Source: a virus. Taken from it: 64,000 bases of DNA. The translations under genes and the position numbers were made by a program. The notes under the pieces were generated by a model, which did not search any database, was not told the origin of the DNA, and saw only the letters and a list, made by a program, of their open reading frames with translations. Shown in pieces: positions 26,404-33,551 of this stretch; the first letter of the stretch is position 1; each line of letters begins with the position of its first letter. Location of the stretch: IMG/VR virus record IMGVR_UViG_3300045988_165974, positions 32,001 through 96,000 of that record, one strand, 5' to 3'.

Positions 26404-27334
26404 CTATCTCGCCTCCAAACTGCTCTGAACAGATGTAATAAAGTCCTTCGGCAGTAGCCATTTGAGGATTCTCTATCATCTTATATTTATTGTCAAAATT
26501 AAGTCTCATAGAAGTTCCTCCTGCTATTCTAATATCCATTTCATCTGTATTCTTCCAGATGTCAGAAATGTATTGATTAAGTTTTTCTGACATAAGTTCA
26601 TAAGCAGATTCTTTCATTTCTTCTGTGGCTGGCTCTGTATCGAAGTCTATTTCAAAAGTTTCCTTAGAAAGATTCTTCTTCATAAGTCTATCTCTAACTA
26701 TCTTTAATGCATCTTTATTCCCATATTCCAATGTAGAAGATAAGCTATCTCTAAATCTACCCCCTCTTTCAAAATAACTAAATTCAGAAGTATTAAAACC
26801 AACTGAAACAAGACCAACATGATTATGCTCATTATCTATAAGTCCTTTGTATCTAAGTCCCATAAGAGCAGCATCTGCTTCTCTGAATATATTTATATTA
26901 TTTACAGTAACTCTCTTAGTAGTATTATTTATAGCATCTTGTATTTCAAATGTTTTCCCTTGATATTTATTTATTACCTTATGCATCTCTGATTTTCTAA
27001 AACTCTTATTAGGGACTCCTAGCATGATAGAAACATTATCTTCAACTGCTGCTTGAAGAAGTCCTGTAACAAATAATAATTCAGCAGTTCTTGAAACCTT
27101 AGAATCATTGTTATTTCTGATTGGTGAATAGCTTTCTTTTTCAGATAGTTCTCCTACAAAATACTTCTTACTTTCATATCCTATACAGATAGGAGCTTCA
27201 TATTTATCAAAATCTATATCTTCTGTTCTTCCATCTCCCACGATACTTTTGAATACAAATTCTTTAGGTTTGTTGTTAATAACTGTAAATATCTTTACAA
27301 ACCCTCTCCCAATATCCATACCTATATATTGCAT
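26381..27334 (-). CDS. parM: ParM/Alp-family actin-like segregation ATPase
   Basis: MQYIGMDIGRGFVKI (phosphate-1), VGFNTSEF and IAGGTS (actin-fold motifs). ATG at 27334 follows a GGAGG RBS; the track ORF's upstream extension is unlikely. Confidence 0.75.
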   Translation of the reverse strand: MQYIGMDIGRGFVKIFTVINNKPKEFVFKSIVGDGRTEDIDFDKYEAPICIGYESKKYFVGELSEKESYSPIRNNNDSKVSRTAELLFVTGLLQAAVEDNVSIMLGVPNKSFRKSEMHKVINKYQGKTFEIQDAINNTTKRVTVNNINIFREADAALMGLRYKGLIDNEHNHVGLVSVGFNTSEFSYFERGGRFRDSLSSTLEYGNKDALKIVRDRLMKKNLSKETFEIDFDTEPATEEMKESAYELMSEKLNQYISDIWKNTDEMDIRIAGGTSMRLNFDNKYKMIENPQMATAEGLYYICSEQFGGEIDGEEDND

Positions 27335-27362
27335 ATTATTACCTCCAATATGTTTTTCTTTA

Positions 27363-27391
27363 ATAGTAGCATATATAATTTTTATTCGCAA
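27363..27391 (-). promoter_or_regulatory. parM promoter
   Basis: Minus strand reads TTGCGA, a 17-nt spacer, then TACTAT. It abuts the iterons. Confidence 0.5.
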
Positions 27392-27401
27392 TAATTTTTT
27401 G

Positions 27402-27531
27402 TTAATATATCGTTAATTTTTCATTAGTGTTTTTTAAACATATTAATATATCATTGAGAAACAATTAATATCTTGTGAATATATCATTAACATTCCTGAT
27501 GCACTATATTTTTCTGTGAATATATCATTAG
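27402..27531. repeat. parC-like centromere iterons
   Basis: (T/G)(T/G)AATATATC(G/A)TT(A/G)A at 27402, 27442, 27475 and 27516, plus a degenerate copy near 27464. Spacing is 33-41 bp. Confidence 0.6.
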
Positions 27532-27740
27532 TAAACCATGAGTATATAACTGACACTCTCTATACAAGATTTAGAGCGTTTTGTTTTTCTTCCCTTTGTA
27601 ATTTATCAATGTTATTATAGTTAAACTCTTAGAATGGCTCTGACAGGGTTGTATAGGAAGTATGTAAACATTCTATTTTCCATATAGATTTTGCCGTTTT
27701 TAAATTATGAATTTTATAATATCATTTCTTGCATTTTTTA

Positions 27741-27897
27741 TTTGGGGATTTGGGATTAGGAGGAGATGTGTGGGGTTTTATTGAGTGTTGGAGGGGTGAT
27801 TTTGTAGTGTGTCTGCTGTGTGTCTGCTGTGTAAACAACTGTTGTCTCCTGCCTGAAATACTCGGAAAAAAAATCCTAAAAGTAGGGGGGAGGGGGA
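27741..27897 (+). other. G/T-rich strand-biased island with G runs
   Basis: TTTGGGGATTTGGGA...GTGTGGGG...GGAGGGG...a tandem 11-mer GTGTCTGCTGT x2 (27809-27830)...GTAGGGGGGAGGGGG. It sits in an otherwise AT-rich hub. Confidence 0.6.
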
Positions 27898-28526
27898 TAA
27901 ATTCTATATAATAATTATATTATATCTACTATTTGAAAATAGGAGCATGATTTTTAAAAAAGGCTACTGGGGAGTGTTCTAAATTTTTTCATGCATTTTT
28001 TATAGGGAATAATGGAAAAATTGCAATTGTTTATAAATTGAAACCTCTTACAATTTTCCCGTCAATTTACTTCAATTGTCAGAAAACTTACTACAATTGC
28101 ATAATCCACTCTTAAACTTGCATTTTTAAAACTCCAATAATTCCAATAAAAAATATAACAATACTTAATAATTTATTTAAAAAAATAATCCCTTTATTGT
28201 CTAAAATTCTATATAATCCTTCTATATAACTTTATTGATTTTATGATATAATATAGACAATATAATATATTATTTTTACATTTATTCATAGAATTAAAAT
28301 ACTAATATAATATACTATTATAATTTATAATTAAATATTAAACAATAACTCATATTATATAATAAAGTGTCGAATATATATAACATTTATTAAAAATAGT
28401 AACTGTCTATATGGCTTTTTAAAGTCCTTGTATTCACTTCTTAATACATCTATACCTTTAAAGCTTTAAACTCTTTATAAGCTTAATAACAGGTCATAAG
28501 GTTAATAACCTATAATTTACTATTTA

Positions 28527-28700
28527 TAAACAAATAGTTTACTAATACTATACTTTAAAAAAAATTAGTATTTATATACTAAAAGTTTACTAATACTATA
28601 CTAAAATAAGTTTAATATTTTTAAACAAATAGTATAGTATTAGTAAACTTTAAACAAGTATATTTATATTAAACAAATAGTATATAAATATTAAACTTTA
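28527..28700. repeat. iteron cluster in the hub
   Basis: AGTTTACTAATACTATACT at 28536 and 28584, with its inverted copy at 28631. TAAACAAATAGT occurs three times (plus a degenerate TAAACAAGTA copy at 28651). AGTATAT(TT/AA)ATATTAAAC occurs twice. Confidence 0.6.
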
Positions 28701-29441
28701 AAATTGGGTTTTTACCTTCTAAAATCCAGTTTAAAAAGCCTATTTTATAAAGGTATAAAAGTACTATATATATTTATAGTACTTTTATATTGTCAATTAA
28801 GGAATATATAACAGGCTTTTTATCCCTGTTATATTATATCTAACAACTAACTGGTAAAAGATTATATATTAATAGAGGGGATATATAATTATATAAGTAT
28901 GATAACAATATAAGGCTTTACAATGTAAATAATATAAATAATCTAGTTATCGTCCATTTTTAGATCAATGGACGATAACTAGGCTTTTTACCGACTAATT
29001 ACCTAATAGACTATACATTACATAATTAACATTAGGTTAATAGGTTAATCAATGCATTAGAGGGAATATTGTAGCTTTATAGCCTGTTATATAGATAACT
29101 CTAATTATTTACAACTGGATAATAGATTAACACTAGTTAATAACTAGTACTCTATATAAGAATATAATAGCCTTATGCTTTATTAATAATATAAATTATC
29201 CATAAGCTATATAAAACCTCTTACATTGGCAATACGGGGATATTTTAACCTATATAGTATTTTCAGGAATATATGACCATACCATATAAATTTATTTTTA
29301 TGGATAAATAAAGTTTTTTAAGAAATTTTATTTTTATTATTGAAATACTAGAATAAAAGTAGTACTATATAAATATCTTAATTGATAAAACATCTTATAT
29401 TAATAGCTTAAAACTTTTTTAAAAACTTTTTTATAAAGTAG

Positions 29442-29470
29442 TTGACAATATAAAGTATATAAGCTACAAT
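29442..29470 (+). promoter_or_regulatory. early promoter 1
   Basis: TTGACA, a 17-nt spacer, then TACAAT. An AAAACTTTT-rich UP-like tract lies upstream. Confidence 0.6.
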
Positions 29471-29542
29471 ATAAGAAACAGTACTTTTAATATATTAGTT
29501 AACAGGCTTTTAAAAAAAGTTTAAAAACTTTTAAAAAAGTAG

Positions 29543-29571
29543 TTGACAGAGGATTAAAAAAGTACTATACT
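29543..29571 (+). promoter_or_regulatory. early promoter 2
   Basis: TTGACA, a 17-nt spacer, then TATACT, with the same UP-like tract upstream. Confidence 0.6.
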
Positions 29572-29637
29572 TAAATTAATAAATGAGTTGATAGTTTTAC
29601 ACTAAAAACTTATTTATTACATATTAACCATAGGAAG

Positions 29638-29667
29638 TTGACTTATTCAACTACTATACTTTATAAT
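29638..29667 (+). promoter_or_regulatory. early promoter 3
   Basis: TTGACT, a 17/18-nt spacer, then TATAAT. Confidence 0.5.
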
Positions 29668-30042
29668 AAAGGGGACTAGTAAAGTATTAGTTATCTTATA
29701 TCCTCACCTAAACAACTTGTAGCTTTATAACTTGTACGGTAAAATAAAATATTCGACAACTTTGGGAAATCCTTCAATATACCGACTACTCTTTTATGTA
29801 GTAGCTCATTTCAGTATATTAAAAGCCTGTATCTTGAAGTGCTTAAGAGTGCTTGGAGTTAGGAGTATAAGAGTAACAACTCTTTGGATTAAGAATAAAT
29901 TTTTATCTTTAACCTTTTAACCCTTTTTAAAGGTGTGTGGGTTACCTATTGAAAACCCACTAACATTTTAAAATTAATCTTTGGGTATAAGGTGACAACT
30001 TTATACTCAAACACTAGTTTTAAAATAAAAGGGGGATATAAA

Positions 30043-30246
30043 ATGATAAATTTAAGAAAAAAACCAGTAGAGACTAAAAATTATAGTGTGGAATTAGACA
30101 ATAACAACTCTATGTTATTTAAAAATTTCTTACATGGATTAGGAGCAACTTTTGAAACAAGTTCATGTTATAATCTTGTACATTTTAGTTTAAATTTAAC
30201 TCATAGACAATATGTAAGAGTTAGTAACTTTTTAGATTTATTATAA
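30043..30246 (+). CDS. small hypothetical protein
   Basis: ATG 7 nt after AAAGGGGGA. The track ORF's upstream extension lacks an RBS. Confidence 0.5.
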   Translation: MINLRKKPVETKNYSVELDNNNSMLFKNFLHGLGATFETSSCYNLVHFSLNLTHRQYVRVSNFLDLL

Positions 30247-30254
30247 TTATTCAA

Positions 30255-30335
30255 GGGACTTTAAAAGTCCCTTCATGGTATTAGTGGTTGATAACCTTCT
30301 CGTGGTGATACCGTTTAAACTAATTTTAATCAACC
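30255..30335 (+). ncRNA. cap hairpin + HDV-like ribozyme candidate (copy A1, most divergent)
   Basis: Hairpin GGGACTTTAAAAGTCCC. P1 GGTATTA/TGATACC, P2 GGTTGAT/ATCAACC, L3 TTCTCGT, J4/2 CTAA. It lacks the G1.U wobble and the GG for P1.1. Confidence 0.5.
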
Positions 30336-30362
30336 AAATTTTAAGATAAAAGGGGATAAAAA

Positions 30363-30494
30363 ATGAAAAAATCATTAATTTTAGCTTTAATCATAACTAT
30401 ATTTTGCATGAGTTTAACTTGCTATCAAGTTTCAAGTGATGAAATTCAAGCAACTTTTTTAAACGGATTATTTGATATTACAATTTCATTATAA
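30363..30494 (+). CDS. small secreted/lipoprotein-like peptide (43 aa)
   Basis: ATG after AAAAGGGGA. MKKSLILALIITIFCMSLTC... Below the ORF-track length cutoff. Confidence 0.45.
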   Translation: MKKSLILALIITIFCMSLTCYQVSSDEIQATFLNGLFDITISL

Positions 30495-30507
30495 GGGGGA
30501 TAAAAAA

Positions 30508-30807
30508 ATGAAAACTATGCTAGATATTAATACAAGTGGAGATTATAGAATACATTTAGGACTTGACAAAGGATTTTTAGTAGTGCTAGATAATCAACCT
30601 GTAAATACTATAGGAGTTAAACCAATAAATTGTTGTATTTATAAATTTCCTGAAAATGCGAACTTTGAAGAGTCTGAAATTGTTGAAAATATGCAAGACT
30701 ATATTTTCGTTGCTCCAGTTCGATTTTATGTAGACTTTGATAAAATTGACACTAACATGATGGAGAAAATAACAACTCGAGCATTAAATCATGTTGGTAG
30801 ATATTAA
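30508..30807 (+). CDS. small hypothetical protein
   Basis: ATG after AAGGGGGA. Confidence 0.5.
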   Translation: MKTMLDINTSGDYRIHLGLDKGFLVVLDNQPVNTIGVKPINCCIYKFPENANFEESEIVENMQDYIFVAPVRFYVDFDKIDTNMMEKITTRALNHVGRY

Positions 30808-30812
30808 ATGAG

Positions 30813-30886
30813 GGGACTTTAAAAGTCCCATATGGTAACAAGAGTCAACCTCCCCGTGGTGTTACTGGATAACCAACTAATGACTC
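30813..30886 (+). ncRNA. cap hairpin + HDV-like ribozyme candidate (A2)
   Basis: P1 GGTAACA/TGTTACT (G1.U), P2 GAGTCA/TGACTC, P3/L3 ACC-TCCCCGT-GGT, GG for P1.1, CTAA. Predicted cut at 30833/30834. Confidence 0.65.
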
Positions 30887-30914
30887 AAATATAATAAAGT
30901 AAAGGGGATTAAAG

Positions 30915-31256
30915 ATGATGTTAAAAGAAAAATTAAACGAAATGAAAGCTAATTCAGAAGGAATAAAACTATTTGTAATTGACGATATTTTAAAATTCAA
31001 CGAAAGTGATGACGATATAAAAGCATATATTAACGATGCATTAACTTATGGTTGTTCTAGTGGTTGTGTATCTTGTTTAATCTACTATGTAGATACTCAA
31101 AAATTCTTTGATAAATATCAAGACGAAATTCTTGAAATGCTTGAAAATGCTAAAGTTGAATATGGAATAACTTTCGAAATTAATTCAAATAATCTAGCAT
31201 GGTTTGGCTATGAAGAGACTTTACGAAACATAGCAACTGAATTAGGTATTTGGTAA
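30915..31256 (+). CDS. small acidic hypothetical protein
   Basis: AAAGGGGA RBS, ATGATG start. Confidence 0.55.
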   Translation: MMLKEKLNEMKANSEGIKLFVIDDILKFNESDDDIKAYINDALTYGCSSGCVSCLIYYVDTQKFFDKYQDEILEMLENAKVEYGITFEINSNNLAWFGYEETLRNIATELGIW

Positions 31257-31262
31257 AATGAA

Positions 31263-31345
31263 GGGACTTTTAAAGTCCCTAAATGATAACAAGAGTTTAC
31301 CTCCCCGTGGTGTTATTGGAAACAAGGAAACTTGGCTAAAAACTC
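31263..31345 (+). ncRNA. cap hairpin + HDV-like ribozyme candidate (A3)
   Basis: P1 GATAACA/TGTTATT (G1.U), P2 GAGTTT/AAACTC, the same L3, P4 CAAG-GAAA-CTTG, GGCTAA. Predicted cut at 31284/31285. Confidence 0.65.
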
Positions 31346-31374
31346 AAATTTAAGATAAAAAGGGGATAAAAAAG

Positions 31375-31929
31375 ATGATGAAAAATTTAGTAAATTTAAA
31401 CGAGTTTGAATTGAATAGGGATAATGTAAAAGCTATACTTGAAAATAATTCAGAGTTTAGAAATAGCCTTGAAAGTGATTATTTTGATAGTGAAGTTTAT
31501 TATTATACAACTGAGTTATTAGACAGAATAGATGGCATAAACTGGAGAATAGATTTTGGTTCAGTTGAAATTTGGAAAGGTTTTAGCTCAAATATACTTG
31601 ATATTGTAAAAAGCATATTAGATATTGATTATTTCTTTATAAATGATACGGATATTCTTTTACAAAAATTAGAAGTTTTCTATAATGCTTTATACACTTG
31701 TCCACAGTATGGTAATCGTTTCGATAGACTAGAAGGAAGAACAGAGCAACTTTTAGAAATATTATTTACTAAAATAGAAGATAGCATTAAATCAAGTTTA
31801 GATTACATGGATGATATTGATAATCTTACAGACTGGTATATTGATTCAGGCTATGATGAAAGTTTAACTTGGAGTGGAATGTATATCAATCCAAAGACTT
31901 TCGAATTGTACGAGTTAAAACATTTATAG
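31375..31929 (+). CDS. acidic hypothetical protein
   Basis: 184 aa. RBS AAAGGGGA, ATGATG start. Confidence 0.55.
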   Translation: MMKNLVNLNEFELNRDNVKAILENNSEFRNSLESDYFDSEVYYYTTELLDRIDGINWRIDFGSVEIWKGFSSNILDIVKSILDIDYFFINDTDILLQKLEVFYNALYTCPQYGNRFDRLEGRTEQLLEILFTKIEDSIKSSLDYMDDIDNLTDWYIDSGYDESLTWSGMYINPKTFELYELKHL

Positions 31930-31971
31930 AAATGAAGGTAAAAATCATGACAAGGGCTGCGGTCCTTGTCT

Positions 31972-32025
31972 ATTTGTAAACCTACCGAGGGCGGTCCAAA
32001 GTCCGTGTAAAAGGTGATGGCAAAT
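31972..32025 (+). ncRNA. twister ribozyme candidate (C1)
   Basis: P1 ATTTG/CAAAT, T|AA, P2 ACCT/AGGT, P4 GCGG/CCGT with loop TCCAAAGT, then GATGG. Predicted cut at 31977/31978. Confidence 0.7.
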
Positions 32026-32045
32026 TATAAAGGGGGATAAAAAAG

Positions 32046-32213
32046 ATGAAAAAAAGAATTATAGCAATTTCAGGATTATTAGTAATAGGAATGATGGTAT
32101 TTCATAAGCCATTAAGCTTAAAAGCTATGGATATAGTAGACTATTATGGAGAAAAAACTGGTAAAAATGTTGTATCCGTGATAGACTTTTTAAATGAAGT
32201 TTATTATCTATAA
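32046..32213 (+). CDS. small membrane/secreted peptide (55 aa)
   Basis: ATG after AAAGGGGGA. Hydrophobic N-terminus. Below the ORF-track cutoff. Confidence 0.45.
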   Translation: MKKRIIAISGLLVIGMMVFHKPLSLKAMDIVDYYGEKTGKNVVSVIDFLNEVYYL

Positions 32214-32218
32214 ATGAT

Positions 32219-32303
32219 GGGACTTTCAAAGTCCCTATATGGTAGTAATTGGTTCGCCTCCACGTGGCACTACTGGAAACAAGTTTACTTGGCTAAGAAC
32301 CAA
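32219..32303 (+). ncRNA. cap hairpin + HDV-like ribozyme candidate (A4)
   Basis: P1 GGTAGT/ACTACT (G1.U), P2 TTGGTTC/GAACCAA, L3 TCCACGT, P4 CAAG-TTTA-CTTG, GGCTAA. Predicted cut at 32240/32241. Confidence 0.65.
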
Positions 32304-32323
32304 AAAAAGAAGGGATAAAAAAG

Positions 32324-32644
32324 ATGATAAAAAAGATTGAAGAAAAAATTAAAGAATTAGGCTTCGTTGTAGGTTGTTACAATGATAAAATTGATGACAT
32401 TTTAACTCCAGGAGCAACACGTAAAGTTTGTGGGTTACTAGAAGAAGAATACACAGACGAATTGATGCGAATTAGAGGTAAACTATATAAAGTCTGTATA
32501 GCAACTGTTGACAATGAAAAAGATATCAATATATATCATGCATTAGACTATTACAGACAATACGGAGAAGAACATCTGGATAATGACTATGAAGAAAAAA
32601 TGATGACTTTAAAGGAATATAAAGCTTTAAAAATGATGGTATAA
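32324..32644 (+). CDS. small acidic hypothetical protein
   Basis: RBS AAGGGA. Confidence 0.5.
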   Translation: MIKKIEEKIKELGFVVGCYNDKIDDILTPGATRKVCGLLEEEYTDELMRIRGKLYKVCIATVDNEKDINIYHALDYYRQYGEEHLDNDYEEKMMTLKEYKALKMMV

Positions 32645-32723
32645 GGCAAAAAATTCGAAACCGTGGGTTTTCCACGGTCTACAAATGATAGGCTAATTGT
32701 ACTGACGAGATAGCCTTTGTCTT
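32643..32723 (+). ncRNA. type II hammerhead ribozyme candidate (B1)
   Basis: Open stem II AAGGCAA/TTGTCTT. CGAAAC-stem III-GTC. Stem I TACAA/TTGTA. CTGACGAG. Loop I/stem II pseudoknot TAGGCT/AGCCTA. Predicted cut at 32679/32680. Confidence 0.75.
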
Positions 32724-32754
32724 TTGTAAAAATGATGATGAAAAGGGGATAAGA

Positions 32755-33042
32755 ATGATGAGAGAACATGCAATATATAAAGATTATATCAGATATATAG
32801 GAGATGGATTTAATTTTTCAGAATTATATTCATATGAAGACGGTAAAGAATTACATTTCAATAAATTTATGGATTATTGGGAAGACTCTAAAACTGGTAG
32901 ATTTTATCGTTGGAAAAATTCAAAAGATAATAAAATTATAAAAGAATGTCATGAAGAAACGCTTGATTATTTTGGATTTAAATCTAGTCGACTAAATGAT
33001 GATAAAGAATCTTTAGAAGATGAAGAATATCTACCATTCTAA
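32755..33042 (+). CDS. small hypothetical protein
   Basis: RBS AAAGGGGA, ATGATG start. Confidence 0.5.
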   Translation: MMREHAIYKDYIRYIGDGFNFSELYSYEDGKELHFNKFMDYWEDSKTGRFYRWKNSKDNKIIKECHEETLDYFGFKSSRLNDDKESLEDEEYLPF

Positions 33043-33044
33043 TG

Positions 33045-33126
33045 AAGGTAATAAATTCGAAACAAGGGATTTTCCCTTGTCTGTAAATGATAGGCTCTTT
33101 ATACTGACGAGATAGCCTATTACCTT
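33045..33126 (+). ncRNA. type II hammerhead ribozyme candidate (B2)
   Basis: Stem II AAGGTAAT/ATTACCTT, stem III AAGGGA/CCCTT, stem I TGTAAA/TTTATA, CTGACGAG. Predicted cut at 33081/33082. Confidence 0.75.
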
Positions 33127-33153
33127 TACAATAGAAATGAAGGGGGATTAAAG

Positions 33154-33408
33154 ATGATGAAAAATTTAGAGTGTGTATATGATAGCAGAAAATCATTTTA
33201 TGGAAAGGCAAAAGTTGAAACTAATTCAAATGAAGGTATAATTACTTTATATAGCTACGGAACAAAAGTAGCTTGTATAAAAGATGGTAAACCAGAACTT
33301 TTATGGAATGGATATTCCCAAACAACTTACAGACATATAGCCGAATTCTTTAAACAAAATGGTTTTATGGAATATAGTTCAAAAGCAGTAATTCAAACTT
33401 TATTGTAA
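33154..33408 (+). CDS. small hypothetical protein
   Basis: RBS AAGGGGGA, ATGATG start. Confidence 0.5.
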   Translation: MMKNLECVYDSRKSFYGKAKVETNSNEGIITLYSYGTKVACIKDGKPELLWNGYSQTTYRHIAEFFKQNGFMEYSSKAVIQTLL

Positions 33409-33416
33409 TTTTTTAA

Positions 33417-33445
33417 TTGACATTTTTACACAAAAATGATACTAT
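33417..33445 (+). promoter_or_regulatory. internal promoter of the early operon
   Basis: TTGACA, a 17-nt spacer, then TACTAT. Confidence 0.6.
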
Positions 33446-33448
33446 TAA

Positions 33449-33551
33449 ATCAAGAGGAGTAATCCCCTGGTTCTTAATGCAGTAGCTAATAGCTAGAGGT
33501 CGCAACTCCTCATAAAACATATGCAGAGCGAGAAAATGAAAGGGGATAAAG
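33449..33551 (+). promoter_or_regulatory. structured 5' leader (riboswitch-like?)
   Basis: GAGGAGT...ACTCCTC and GAGG..CCTC are competing helices. TCCCCT is complementary to the downstream SD AGGGGA. See the finding. Confidence 0.4.

Noticed and set aside
27729-27911. 60-aa ORF across the G-rich island.
   Set aside because: There is no RBS, the composition is Cys/Gly/Val-rich as dictated by the GT-rich DNA, and it stands isolated in an ORF-free hub.
28755-28982. The hub palindromes as a protelomerase (telRL-type) hairpin-telomere site of a linear plasmid-prophage.
   Set aside because: The palindromes are only 14-15 bp per arm and have non-palindromic centres. No protelomerase-like gene is visible in the window. 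The idea cannot be fully excluded without the rest of the genome.
30277-32303. Family A elements as pistol, hatchet or twister-sister ribozymes. These were discovered near twister and hammerhead clusters.
   Set aside because: The pairing order is a nested double pseudoknot: P1 5', P2 5', a small hairpin, P1 3', P4, P2 3'. A G.U pair sits at the 5' edge and the L3 is CCUCCCCGUGG-type. That fits HDV-like ribozymes and not what I recall of pistol, which is about 50 nt with a loop-linker pseudoknot. My memory of the hatchet and twister-sister consensus is too incomplete to exclude them formally.
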